The notes beneath the pieces are model-generated. The model searched no databases. It saw only the letters and a program-made list of their open reading frames with translations, and was not told where the DNA came from. This document shows positions 1 to 10,117 of a stretch of 64,000 nucleotides of DNA, piece by piece; the first letter of the stretch is position 1; each line of letters begins with the position of its first letter. Position numbers and translations under genes: made by a program. This stretch comes from Candidatus Levyibacteriota bacterium (GTDB lineage Bacteria; Patescibacteriota; Microgenomatia; Levybacterales; UBA12049): contig DAIDHL010000001.1 in the NCBI GenBank assembly GCA_027459745.1, positions 13,828 through 77,827 on the forward strand, given 5' to 3'.

Positions 1-1
1 A

Positions 2-1132
2 GTTATTGCTTATTATCAGGATTATCGTCATAGCTTAAATAAAAAAAACATTATAAATTTTATGATGGCAATTTTGGCTCCCTATGTTTTCTTTCTATTT
101 TATTTATTAGTCACAGGAAGTTTTTCTGATTATGCTTATCAATCCATAATTTTTAATGAAAAATATTATATTTACAACTATCCAGGATTACAAAACGGAC
201 ATATTAATCCAATACGTTTTGCCATTGTTATGGCATACAATTTTTATAGTAATTTTTATACCTTATTAGTCCAGGTAAAAAATTTCAATTTCCCTTTTCC
301 TCTAAATATTACCTTGGCTGTAGTAGACCTTACATTACTGGTGTATGTTTTTTTCAGACGAAATTATTCGCTGTTTATTTTTATAATTCTGTATATGATT
401 TATGCCAATGCAAGATCAAACCCTTTGGATTCTGGAGAAACCGACTATCAATCAAGTGTCTATCTTTTTATGTCTCTAATTTCGTTAGTATATGTCCTAG
501 ATTCTTTATATAGTGAACTTCATTTACAAATTAATCTGGGCAAGAAAGTAATTCTTTCTAGTCTCCTTATATTATGCACGATATATAGTTTTTTTAGTGT
601 GGCTATGTTAACAGATCGTTTTTTGGGGAAAGCTTATGGTAAATATATGGGTACAGCACCCCGGATCTATGACAACTATGATCCGGCAGTTAATATCAAC
701 AATGCTATATCCAGCCCAAATGACTATATTTGGATGGGACCACTAGATTTTCAGGACTATTATTATGCAACCGGCAAACTAGCCTCTAAGTATCATATTC
801 TGATTCCTGGTATGGGGAAATCCCAGAAGATTCAGAATGAATTTATTGCAGAGATATCTACTCACAAACCTAAACTTATCTTTTTACAAAAAAATGATTT
901 TATTTTAGGTTCAGATCCTACTAAATACGGCGTTTATTTTATGAACTTTCTTAGTGCTAACTATGTCACTTTGAGTCAATACCGTCAAGGATCGGTCGCA
1001 TATACATCAACTATACAAAATAGTAAATATAGCCTCGATGAAGATATGTTCATAAACAAAGATGACGCAGATAATATAATTTCTACTCTGCTTAATGATA
1101 ATTTTATTAAACCTGTATATGCCACTCATTAA
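2..1132 (+). CDS. Multi-pass membrane protein, probable GT-C glycosyltransferase (5' partial)
   Basis: Frame is open from base 2 to the ATG at 62, so the gene starts before the window. Several TM segments are followed by a soluble C-terminal domain, and it lies next to GT-C paralogs. Confidence 0.55.
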   Translation, partial: VIAYYQDYRHSLNKKNIINFMMAILAPYVFFLFYLLVTGSFSDYAYQSIIFNEKYYIYNYPGLQNGHINPIRFAIVMAYNFYSNFYTLLVQVKNFNFPFPLNITLAVVDLTLLVYVFFRRNYSLFIFIILYMIYANARSNPLDSGETDYQSSVYLFMSLISLVYVLDSLYSELHLQINLGKKVILSSLLILCTIYSFFSVAMLTDRFLGKAYGKYMGTAPRIYDNYDPAVNINNAISSPNDYIWMGPLDFQDYYYATGKLASKYHILIPGMGKSQKIQNEFIAEISTHKPKLIFLQKNDFILGSDPTKYGVYFMNFLSANYVTLSQYRQGSVAYTSTIQNSKYSLDEDMFINKDDADNIISTLLNDNFIKPVYATH

Positions 1133-2627
1133 ATCTACAAAAATCTATTGGTTTTTATTCCTAGTTATTCTAATGATTTGTTCGTACCTAAGACTGCAAA
1201 GCTCATTTAGCGGTACTTTTGCCTATACCTATGATATTGGCAGAGACATGCTAAATATTGCTAGTATTGTATATGGACATCATATTACTCTAATTGGCCC
1301 CACAACCGGCCAGGAAGGTATTTTTTATGGACCCTGGTGGTATTGGCTGCTTTCACCTTTTTTTGTACTTTTTGCCGGAAGTGTCAAGGGGATAGATGCG
1401 GTTATGGGATTAACTGGCGTCATTACTGTTTTGCTAGCTTATTGGGTAGGGTATAAAGTAGCTGGGAAGTGGAATGGTTTATTATTTATGGTTTTGTTTG
1501 GTATAGCCGGTTCATTAATCGATACTTCTTCCCAAATTTGGAATCCTAATATAGCTCCTTTTATTTTGATGTGTATTATAACTGTTTTTATTAAGTATTC
1601 TGAAGAAAAAAAAGAATTCAAAAAAATACTTTGGATGTTAGTTGTTGGTATTTTATCCACTATAACTTTAGATTCATTGGAAATAGTATATGGCACTGTA
1701 CAGTTTATAGCCGTTGTAATATTCATGCTTTTTTATTTTAGAAATAAGCTTAATCTTTTTCAGATTTGGTCATTCATTTTAGGCATTCTAATTATAGAAC
1801 TACCAAGATTCTTATTTGAAATTAGGCATCAATTTATTATGTCTAAAGCCTTATTTAACTATATATTCCATCATGCCCCGGTTAGCCAGCAGGGAGGAAT
1901 ATTTGAACAATTTGTAAAAGTCTTAAATTTAATGATGCAATTATGGCAGTCGACTATTAGTCTTCCACTCATTTGGGCTATCGTTGTTTTTATTATTACA
2001 GTTTTGAGTCTTTTGTATTTTAAAAACAAAACGAAATTTCACAAGGTAGAGAACTTACTTTATGTATTTAGTGTTTGCTATCTGTTTTGTTATTTTGTGA
2101 TATTGTCCTTCTTTAAGGGGAATGTTTGGGATCATTTTGTGGTGGGCATTCCGGTTGTTTATGAAATTTTATTCTCACTTTTTATATATAAATTGTTTTT
2201 ACATCTTAAGAAAACGAACAACAATTATGCAAAACTATTTGTAGCATTAATGATTATATATGTACTGGAGGTTTTGTTCTCATATCGACCTACTAAGACT
2301 GATTTTTTTATCAATGATCCTTCGATTTATAATAATCAAGTTGCAGTTATTAAATACATTTACTCACAAGCAGGTGGTAGGCATTTTAACTATGATGTAT
2401 ATACACCTCCAATTCATCCTTATACTTATGAATATTTGTTTAATTTTTACAGCAAAAAATATTATCCACCTAGTAACGATGGACATTTGTTATTTTATAT
2501 TATTGAACAGGATAAAAATCACCCAACTCTTAGACAGAATTGGTTAACATTGCATGATAAAAGAGGTAAAGTTATAAAAACAATAACGCTTCCTGGACAT
2601 ATCATTGTTCAAACAAGGAATATTTAA
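1119..2627 (+). CDS. ArnT/PMT-family (GT-C) membrane glycosyltransferase
   Basis: First-loop motif YDIGRD...LIGPTT...FYGPWWY, WNPN, many TM helices. The ORF track starts at 1095; the ATG at 1119 is more likely. Confidence 0.75.
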   Translation: MPLIKSTKIYWFLFLVILMICSYLRLQSSFSGTFAYTYDIGRDMLNIASIVYGHHITLIGPTTGQEGIFYGPWWYWLLSPFFVLFAGSVKGIDAVMGLTGVITVLLAYWVGYKVAGKWNGLLFMVLFGIAGSLIDTSSQIWNPNIAPFILMCIITVFIKYSEEKKEFKKILWMLVVGILSTITLDSLEIVYGTVQFIAVVIFMLFYFRNKLNLFQIWSFILGILIIELPRFLFEIRHQFIMSKALFNYIFHHAPVSQQGGIFEQFVKVLNLMMQLWQSTISLPLIWAIVVFIITVLSLLYFKNKTKFHKVENLLYVFSVCYLFCYFVILSFFKGNVWDHFVVGIPVVYEILFSLFIYKLFLHLKKTNNNYAKLFVALMIIYVLEVLFSYRPTKTDFFINDPSIYNNQVAVIKYIYSQAGGRHFNYDVYTPPIHPYTYEYLFNFYSKKYYPPSNDGHLLFYIIEQDKNHPTLRQNWLTLHDKRGKVIKTITLPGHIIVQTRNI

Positions 2628-2628
2628 T

Positions 2629-4092
2629 ATGAGAATTTCGCTGTTAATTGTAAAAAAATATCTTAGTTTATCAAATTTCCTATTAGTATTGATCCTTCTT
2701 GTTTCAGCATTTTTCCGTTTCTATAACACTCCAGCTCGATATGGATTTGATTTTGACCCAACCCGTGATGCATTGATTATTACATATGCTGCTAAATATT
2801 TTCATTTACCTCTTATAGGAGCAGCCTCAGGAATTGCACCTATTACCTTCGGCCCATGGTATTACTATCAGATGATTATATGGCAGATTATCTTTCCTTT
2901 TACTTATTCTGCATGGTACTTGGTCGGTATTACCTCAGTACTTGTGAGCTTTTTCCTTTATAAAATAGGGGGTATGCTGGAGAATAAGTGGTACGGTTTA
3001 ATTCTGGCCTTGTTTGCAGCAATTTCTCCATCTGAAACAGGACAAACCCAAGGATTAAGTAATCCCGATCTGATTCCCATTTATTCAACCTTGATAATCT
3101 GGATGTTTGTCAGGTTTAGTAATTACAAAAATGCAGATTGGAAATGGTTATTTATGTGGGGATTTTTATTGAGTATAGGAATTAATATCCATTATCAGAT
3201 GCTGGGACTGATTCTACTACCTATATTTTATTTTATTCTTTATCACAAAAACAATATTTTAAAAGTTAGTTCATTTACCATTGGATTCTTTCTACCTTGG
3301 ATACCTTTGGTTATTTTTAATGTGCTGACTAATTGGAGCACACTGACTGGAACAATATATTTTACGCATAATCATGGATATATCGCTAATGGATGGAAAT
3401 TATATTTAAGCAATTTCTGGCTGCCGTTTTGGTCTTATATTTGGGGTGTAAATAATCTAATAGGAATCTTGATATTTCTATTTACTTTAATTATCTTTAT
3501 CTATCTTTTAGTAAGAAAAAAATTAAGCACAACATATTTAATTCTCATAAGCGTATTTTTAATTAATTTTTTAATTTTGCGTTATGCTATTGCACAAAGA
3601 GACTATTATTATTATCTGTATTTACATAGTTTAATTTTTATTTTTTTTGCCACAGCTTTATGGCAGATAAAAAAAATAAAATTCGGACTGTTAGTGATCA
3701 GTTTGTTAATATTTGTAATTACTATTTCTATGTTGGGTAAGGATTTTATCCCTCTTCAAGCAAGAAAAGATCAAAGCGACATGCTAAAAATGGCGAACAT
3801 GTTTATTAATCAATCAAATGGTAAAAAAATAACCTTGTTCGCTTGCGGAAAGGCTGGGCAGAATTATGTACAAGGAGTTGAATTCTTTCTTATGCAGACA
3901 AACAAGTTATCTGACAATACAACTGGAGCAAGATATGGTATTGCGGATTTTAGTTGTCCTTTAAAATTAACCTCAACTATTATTACAGTTGATTTGAGAT
4001 CAAGCTCTCTTAAGGATATAAATAAACAAGGATGGAAACTAATTACACCAGAAATAGTCTATAATAATACTCTAGAGTGGTGGAAAAAATAA
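2629..4092 (+). CDS. ArnT/PMT-family (GT-C) membrane glycosyltransferase
   Basis: FDPTRD...PLIGAAS...FGPWYY, SNPD, NIHYQ; polytopic. The ATG at 2629 directly follows the upstream stop. Confidence 0.75.
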   Translation: MRISLLIVKKYLSLSNFLLVLILLVSAFFRFYNTPARYGFDFDPTRDALIITYAAKYFHLPLIGAASGIAPITFGPWYYYQMIIWQIIFPFTYSAWYLVGITSVLVSFFLYKIGGMLENKWYGLILALFAAISPSETGQTQGLSNPDLIPIYSTLIIWMFVRFSNYKNADWKWLFMWGFLLSIGINIHYQMLGLILLPIFYFILYHKNNILKVSSFTIGFFLPWIPLVIFNVLTNWSTLTGTIYFTHNHGYIANGWKLYLSNFWLPFWSYIWGVNNLIGILIFLFTLIIFIYLLVRKKLSTTYLILISVFLINFLILRYAIAQRDYYYYLYLHSLIFIFFATALWQIKKIKFGLLVISLLIFVITISMLGKDFIPLQARKDQSDMLKMANMFINQSNGKKITLFACGKAGQNYVQGVEFFLMQTNKLSDNTTGARYGIADFSCPLKLTSTIITVDLRSSSLKDINKQGWKLITPEIVYNNTLEWWKK

Positions 4093-4093
4093 T

Positions 4094-4855
4094 ATGAAAA
4101 AACTATCATTCATAACCTCAACTTTTAATGAAGAGAAGAACTTAGTTGATTGTCTTGAATCAATTAAGGATATCGCTGATGAGATTATATTGGTTGATGG
4201 GAGTTCCCAGGATAAGACGGTACAAATTGCTAAAAAATATGGGGCAAAGGTAAAAGTGACTGATAATCCACCAATTTTTTTGATCAACCGACAAAAAGCC
4301 ATCGATATGGCAACTAAAGATTGGATTCTCAATCTAGATGCTGATGAGAGGATTACTCCTGAATTGGAGAAAGAGATTAAGGATGTTTTAAAAGACGATA
4401 ATGGAAGTTTTAACGGGTATTGGATTCCCCGTAAGAATTGGTACTTGGGACGTTATTTAATGAAAGGTGGGGTATACCCTGATTATCAGTTAAGATTATA
4501 TCGCAAAGGAAAGGTTCATTTCGCACTCAAAGACGTTCATGAACAGGCAATTGTTCAAGGAAAGGTGGGTTATTTGCAACATCCTATGATTCATTTATCA
4601 GATCCTGAGTTTAAACGTTATATATTACGATTAAATCGTTATACTGACCGTATAGCAGATGAGTTAGCAGATAAACATATCGGAAAAGACCCCTTTACAG
4701 CCTTTAACTATTTTTTTATTAAACCGCTTTGGTGGTTTATTTTAACTTATGGAAGACATAAGGGTTTTATGGATGGATGGCAAGGATTGGTATTCTCTTT
4801 TTTTTCAGCTTCGCGTTTTTCAGTTGCTTATTACAAGTACCTTAAAATTAAATGA
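4094..4855 (+). CDS. GT2 glycosyltransferase (WaaE/KdtX-like beta-1,4-glucosyltransferase family)
   Basis: TFNEEKNL, VDGSSQDKT, LDADE, YPDYQLRL, VHE motifs. Confidence 0.85.
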   Translation: MKKLSFITSTFNEEKNLVDCLESIKDIADEIILVDGSSQDKTVQIAKKYGAKVKVTDNPPIFLINRQKAIDMATKDWILNLDADERITPELEKEIKDVLKDDNGSFNGYWIPRKNWYLGRYLMKGGVYPDYQLRLYRKGKVHFALKDVHEQAIVQGKVGYLQHPMIHLSDPEFKRYILRLNRYTDRIADELADKHIGKDPFTAFNYFFIKPLWWFILTYGRHKGFMDGWQGLVFSFFSASRFSVAYYKYLKIK

Positions 4856-6429
4856 ATGTAAAAAACCTCAATTTAATACTATCCTATTTTCATAAAAATT
4901 GGCTACTAATATTTTTTATTGGGCTTACAATATTGGGACTTTATTTAAGATTTTATAACCTGCCTCTGAGAGTCGAATTAGGTGAAGATAACGGTCGTGA
5001 TATATCCATAGCCAAAGAAGCACTACTTAGGCATGAGCTACCTTTAATTGGATCTTTTAGCTCAGCTGGGCCTTTTGTTTTTGGTCCAATATATCTTTGG
5101 ACCCTTATGTTTAGTTTTGTTTTAATTCCTTCTTTTTACGCTCCATGGATTATCCTTGGCCTGCTAGAAATTATCACAGTAGCTGTTAGTTACTTAATCG
5201 GCTTAAGATTGGGAGGTAAATTGTCTGGTTTGATAATATTCTTTCTAGCAATCTTATCGCCTCAGTTGGTAGACAGTTCAACATACCTCATGCAGCATTC
5301 TTTTGTGGGATTATTTTCACTACTTAGTTTATTATTTTTTATCTTACTGTGGCAAGTTAAAAAAAATATATTTTCTTTGTTTTTAGGTTTAAGTGTAGGG
5401 GCAGCTATTAGCTTCCATTATCAGGCTATCAATTTACTAGTCGTCTTACCTTTTATATTTTTTATACCACAAATTAAATGGCCAAAGAAAATATTTATAG
5501 TCTTTCTTTTCTTCTTAGGATTATTTCTTACTCTTATGCCCTTATTTATATGGGATTACCAGCAGAAATTTGCCAATTTTCGCAATATTTTAGATTATTT
5601 TCTAATCGCTCAATACAGGATATATGTACCAAATAGTTGGAAGTTATTTATGTTTAGTTATGCTCCTAATTTTTTGAGTTATATTTCCGGGGGTAATAGT
5701 TTAATATTTTTTTATGAGTTCATAATAATCATCATTTCCGGAGTTTTGGCGTGGTATAAGAAAAGTTTCAATAATATCCTTATATCTATAATATTTATGT
5801 TTGTGCTTCTTTTAATACTAAATCGTTATTACAGGGGAGAAAGATCAGAAGGGTACTTATATTATTTTGTCCCTTTCGTTCTGATATCAGTTGGTATGTC
5901 CATCTCTTATATCTTTAGATATATATATCAGATTAATAAACGTTATTATGTTGCTGTGGCATTTTTGATAATTAGCTTACTAGTCATAGGAGTAGGAGAT
6001 TATTTGCGGATGCAAAAGGTGCCCTACTCAGGAATCTCAGTTACTCAAAGAGGAGATCAAATCATTAACTCTATAACTTCTAAGTTTCCAGGTCAAAAGT
6101 TTAGTTTATACGATTATAGAGCTAAATCTATAAATACGACAGCCTATCTAAGTGTAATTATGACAGATAAAAATTTATTAACTGAAAACGGAGTACCTAT
6201 CGGTGTAGCCAATATAAAAGATTATACGAAAGTCTCTCTTCCTATAATTTTTAAAAATGGTGAAGTTTATTTTGTAGATCTTAGTTCTCTACATATAAAA
6301 AGAACAAATAAAAATTGGGAAAAAATGAATCAAGCAGATATTTATGATACATTGATTGGTTGGTCTAATAAACATGAACTAACTTCTACATTTGATTTAA
6401 ATAGTTATCTCTTATCAAAATTTAAATGA
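4852..6429 (+). CDS. ArnT/PMT-family (GT-C) membrane glycosyltransferase
   Basis: EDNGRD...HELPLIGSFSSAGPFVFGP, SFHYQ; polytopic; paralog of the next gene. Confidence 0.75.
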   Translation: MNVKNLNLILSYFHKNWLLIFFIGLTILGLYLRFYNLPLRVELGEDNGRDISIAKEALLRHELPLIGSFSSAGPFVFGPIYLWTLMFSFVLIPSFYAPWIILGLLEIITVAVSYLIGLRLGGKLSGLIIFFLAILSPQLVDSSTYLMQHSFVGLFSLLSLLFFILLWQVKKNIFSLFLGLSVGAAISFHYQAINLLVVLPFIFFIPQIKWPKKIFIVFLFFLGLFLTLMPLFIWDYQQKFANFRNILDYFLIAQYRIYVPNSWKLFMFSYAPNFLSYISGGNSLIFFYEFIIIIISGVLAWYKKSFNNILISIIFMFVLLLILNRYYRGERSEGYLYYFVPFVLISVGMSISYIFRYIYQINKRYYVAVAFLIISLLVIGVGDYLRMQKVPYSGISVTQRGDQIINSITSKFPGQKFSLYDYRAKSINTTAYLSVIMTDKNLLTENGVPIGVANIKDYTKVSLPIIFKNGEVYFVDLSSLHIKRTNKNWEKMNQADIYDTLIGWSNKHELTSTFDLNSYLLSKFK

Positions 6430-7994
6430 AAAAAATTATTAAAAGTTTTAACTCACATTGGTATTTTTTCACAATAATTTTAATAATTATCATAGCGGGA
6501 ATAATAAGATTCTATAGCTTTAATACTTCCTGGGGGATTGGGGGGACAGACACACCCAGGGATATAATGATTTCTTCAATCGCTTTACATAGACACGAAT
6601 TACCCTTAATTGGACCTTTCAGCTCAGCCGGTCCATTTGTAACTGGACCTTTATATTTTTGGATATTAATGCCGGCAATGCTTTTCTTGCCCTTTTCTTT
6701 ATCTGCACCATTTATTTACTTCATAATGCTATCGTTACTTTTTATATTAATAATGATTTTATTAGGAAAATATTTAGTAGGAGAAATGTTTTCTTTGTTA
6801 TTGGGAATTATTGTAACATTTAGTCCCGAGAGTATTCTCTCTTCCTATACACTTAATAATCCAAACCTGGTTCCTTTATTTACTGCTCTATCTTTGTTGT
6901 TTTTCGTAATGCTAATTTATAAGCAAAAGTGGTTATATGCATTATTAATGGGATTGAGCGTGGGTATAACAATTAGCTTACATTATCAAGGTTTAAATTT
7001 ATTAATTATGATTCCTCTAATACTGGCTATTTATAATATTAAACTGCTTAACCGTTTATTTAGTTTTTTACTCTCAATTATAGGACTAATAATAACTTTT
7101 ATCCCAATTATGATTTGGGACAGCCAACAAGGTTTTGCAAATATACGTAATGTGTTGGATTATTTTTTGATAGGCCAATATAGAATGTATGTACCCAACA
7201 GCTGGAAGATTTTCTTATTAAACTTTATGCCAGATCAGTGGGCTAAAGTAATCGGAGGTTTTTATATTATAAGTCTCGTACTTATGATTTTTACACTATT
7301 TTATATCTCGTATTTATTTATAAAATTCAAAAAACAAAAACTAGAGCTAGAGTTACTTGCTATAATTTTTGTGATTTTAATTGTCGTAAACCGCTTTTAC
7401 CACGGCCTGCGACAGGAATCGTATGTGTTATATTTTTCGCCATTTATTCTTTTATTCTCCACTTTGGCTATTTATTATTTATTTATTACTATTAGGAATA
7501 AATTCAAAAATATTCCTTACATTTTTAATATCCTAGGAGGGGTTTTTATTTTATTAGTCTTAGGTTCTGGTTTACTTAGTATTGAAAATAGTTTTATTAA
7601 ACCTCAGTACCAGATGAGTAATTTAAATAATTCTGTCAATAAATTAACATCATTATACCCCCATGATAAGTTTTTGGTATTTGATTATAAAAATATGCAG
7701 AATGGTAAAAGTATGCTTTTAAGTCTGGAATTATATCGCAGGGGTTTGGAGGCCCCTCAAGGAGTAAGAATTGGCACAAGTTGCGATGCTTCCTGTGCAG
7801 TTGGGTATAGGAAATTAAATATAAGTGATTTGAATCTCGTAGAAATTCCCAAGATTGTTAAAATTAGTCAGATAGACTGGGTAAATGATAATGCGGATAA
7901 TAATTATGACCTTTTGATCGGATGGTCTAAAAAACATTTACTAAAATCCAGTTTCGATTTAAGCCAATACCTTAAAATGAGTGGCGCTAAGTGA
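6426..7994 (+). CDS. ArnT/PMT-family (GT-C) membrane glycosyltransferase
   Basis: TDTPRD...HELPLIGPFSSAGPFVTGP, SLHYQ; ATGA overlap with the upstream paralog. Confidence 0.75.
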   Translation: MKKIIKSFNSHWYFFTIILIIIIAGIIRFYSFNTSWGIGGTDTPRDIMISSIALHRHELPLIGPFSSAGPFVTGPLYFWILMPAMLFLPFSLSAPFIYFIMLSLLFILIMILLGKYLVGEMFSLLLGIIVTFSPESILSSYTLNNPNLVPLFTALSLLFFVMLIYKQKWLYALLMGLSVGITISLHYQGLNLLIMIPLILAIYNIKLLNRLFSFLLSIIGLIITFIPIMIWDSQQGFANIRNVLDYFLIGQYRMYVPNSWKIFLLNFMPDQWAKVIGGFYIISLVLMIFTLFYISYLFIKFKKQKLELELLAIIFVILIVVNRFYHGLRQESYVLYFSPFILLFSTLAIYYLFITIRNKFKNIPYIFNILGGVFILLVLGSGLLSIENSFIKPQYQMSNLNNSVNKLTSLYPHDKFLVFDYKNMQNGKSMLLSLELYRRGLEAPQGVRIGTSCDASCAVGYRKLNISDLNLVEIPKIVKISQIDWVNDNADNNYDLLIGWSKKHLLKSSFDLSQYLKMSGAK

Positions 7995-8020
7995 AGATTG
8001 GATTTCCTGACTATTCCAAA

Positions 8021-8049
8021 CTGACAGCAGATTAATTATTTGCTACAAT
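8021..8049 (+). promoter_or_regulatory. Sigma70-type promoter, leaderless, for galE
   Basis: CTGACA(8021-8026)-17 nt-TACAAT(8044-8049) with an extended TG; ATG 6 nt downstream. Confidence 0.65.
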
Positions 8050-8055
8050 ATTATC

Positions 8056-9024
8056 ATGAATATTCTTGTGACAGGTGGAGCAGGCTATATTGGCAGTATA
8101 ACGGTTCGTAGGCTACTCAAAGAAGGGCATAACGTTACAGTCTTTGATAATTTAGTCTATGGCCACAAGGAGAACGTAGACTGTCCTCTTATTGTGGGTG
8201 ATCTGACTGATAAAGAATTCCTATTTAGTTCTTTAAAAGATAAGCAATTCGATGGAGTTATTCATTTTGCTGCCTATGCCTATGTAGGAGAATCAATGCA
8301 AAATCCTTACAAATATTTTTATAGCAATTTGAATGGCGGTTTAAATCTACTAGAATATATGGTTGCCCGAAAGATTTCTTCGATTGTTTTTTCTTCCAGC
8401 TGTACTGTATTTGGTACTCCCAAGCAACTTCCAGTTAAAGAAACTGATCCGCAAGATACTGAAAATGTTTATGGAGAGACAAAGCTAATGTTTGAAAAAA
8501 TGCTGGTCTGGTATGACAAAATATTTGGTATTAAATCAATTATTCTACGGTATTTTAATGCTTCTGGGGCAGCTTTAGACGGAAGTTTAGGTGAAAATCA
8601 TAACCCTGAGACTCATATCATTCCTATAGCTCTTCAAGTGGCTCAGGGCAAGAGACAAGAGTTTGAAATGTATGGTAATGATTATGATACCCCTGACGGG
8701 ACATGCATTCGTGATTATATACATGTTGAAGACCTGGCTACCGCCCATATTTTAGCTCTTCATAAGTTAGCAAATGATAAAATCAGTGATAATTTTAATT
8801 TGGGTACAGGCCATGGGTATTCTAATAAAGAAGTTATTTCCATGATTGAAAAAATCACTGGCAAACAAATTCCTGTAATTTTTAAACCCCGAAGATTTGG
8901 TGATGCTCCAGCTATTTATGCCGATAATTCTAAAGCTAAGAATATACTTGGATTTACGCCGGAGCATTCAGATTTAGAAACCATTATTTCTACAGCCTGG
9001 GATTGGCATAAAAAGAGCAGTTAA
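8056..9024 (+). CDS. galE: UDP-glucose 4-epimerase
   Basis: GGAGYIGS, HFAAYAYVGES, FSSSC, YGETK, LRYFNA, DGTCIRDYIHVEDLA. Confidence 0.93.
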   Translation: MNILVTGGAGYIGSITVRRLLKEGHNVTVFDNLVYGHKENVDCPLIVGDLTDKEFLFSSLKDKQFDGVIHFAAYAYVGESMQNPYKYFYSNLNGGLNLLEYMVARKISSIVFSSSCTVFGTPKQLPVKETDPQDTENVYGETKLMFEKMLVWYDKIFGIKSIILRYFNASGAALDGSLGENHNPETHIIPIALQVAQGKRQEFEMYGNDYDTPDGTCIRDYIHVEDLATAHILALHKLANDKISDNFNLGTGHGYSNKEVISMIEKITGKQIPVIFKPRRFGDAPAIYADNSKAKNILGFTPEHSDLETIISTAWDWHKKSS

Positions 9025-9034
9025 ATTAGTTTTT

Positions 9035-10117
9035 ATGAACATAGCTCTAGATATAACGCCCATTAGCTCTAATAGTAATTCTCAGCACAAGGTAAGAGGA
9101 GTTGGTTTTTATATTAAGAATCTTAAAAATTCTCTTACAAAATATCTTCCTGATAATAATTATCAATTTGTTGATGACTTAAATAAGATTGATTCCTCTA
9201 CAAACCTTTTGCATATACCTTATTTCGATCCTTTTTTTGTACATCTACCTAAATTTAAAAAATATTCTACTATAGTAACCATTCATGATTTAACCCCGCT
9301 TATATTTCCGGAACATTTTCCAATTGGTTTAAAGGGAAATATTAAATGGCAGATACAAAAACATCTGGTTAAACAAGCGGATGCTATTATTACTGATTCG
9401 CAATCTTCAAAAAAAGATATTGTTTCTTTGTTAAAATTTAACTCAGAAAAAGTTCACGTAGTTTATTTAGCAGCAGGGGAAGAGTTTAAACGTAGTATAA
9501 ATAATCAAAAGCAGAAAAGAGAAATGCTTACAAAATATAATTTGCCGGAAAGATTTGTACTGTATGTTGGGGATGTTACTTGGAATAAGAATCTACCTCT
9601 TCTGATAAAAGCGGTCAAAAAACAACAAATTCCTCTTGTTATGATAGGTAGCGCTTTATCTCAAGCTAATTACGATAGAACAAATCCTTGGAATAGTGAT
9701 CTTAATATGATTAATAAAGAAATTGAGAATGTTAAATATATTCATACACTAGGCTTTGTTCCTAGTCAGGACCTGGTAGATATTTACAATTTGGCTACGT
9801 GTTTAGTTTTGCCTTCTATTTATGAGGGATTTGGTCTGACTGTCCTGGAGGCCATGCAGTGTGGTTGTCCCGTTATTACGACGAGAAATGGTTCTTTACC
9901 TGAAATAGCAGGAAATGCAGCTCTATATATCAATGGAGAAGATGAAAATGATATTATAGAAGGAATACAGAAGCTTTTTTCATCTGAAAAATTGCAAAAA
10001 GAACTTTGTCTTAAAGGGTTGGAACAAGCTAGAAATTTTTCCTGGGAAAAAACAGCCAAACAAACGATGAATGTATACAAGTCCGTCTATGAAGCAACAC
10101 ATAACTCGTCTTTATAA
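9035..10117 (+). CDS. GT4 glycosyltransferase (mannosyltransferase-like)
   Basis: TIHDLTP, KNL, PSIYEGFGLTVLEAMQCG, FSWEK. Confidence 0.9.
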   Translation: MNIALDITPISSNSNSQHKVRGVGFYIKNLKNSLTKYLPDNNYQFVDDLNKIDSSTNLLHIPYFDPFFVHLPKFKKYSTIVTIHDLTPLIFPEHFPIGLKGNIKWQIQKHLVKQADAIITDSQSSKKDIVSLLKFNSEKVHVVYLAAGEEFKRSINNQKQKREMLTKYNLPERFVLYVGDVTWNKNLPLLIKAVKKQQIPLVMIGSALSQANYDRTNPWNSDLNMINKEIENVKYIHTLGFVPSQDLVDIYNLATCLVLPSIYEGFGLTVLEAMQCGCPVITTRNGSLPEIAGNAALYINGEDENDIIEGIQKLFSSEKLQKELCLKGLEQARNFSWEKTAKQTMNVYKSVYEATHNSSL

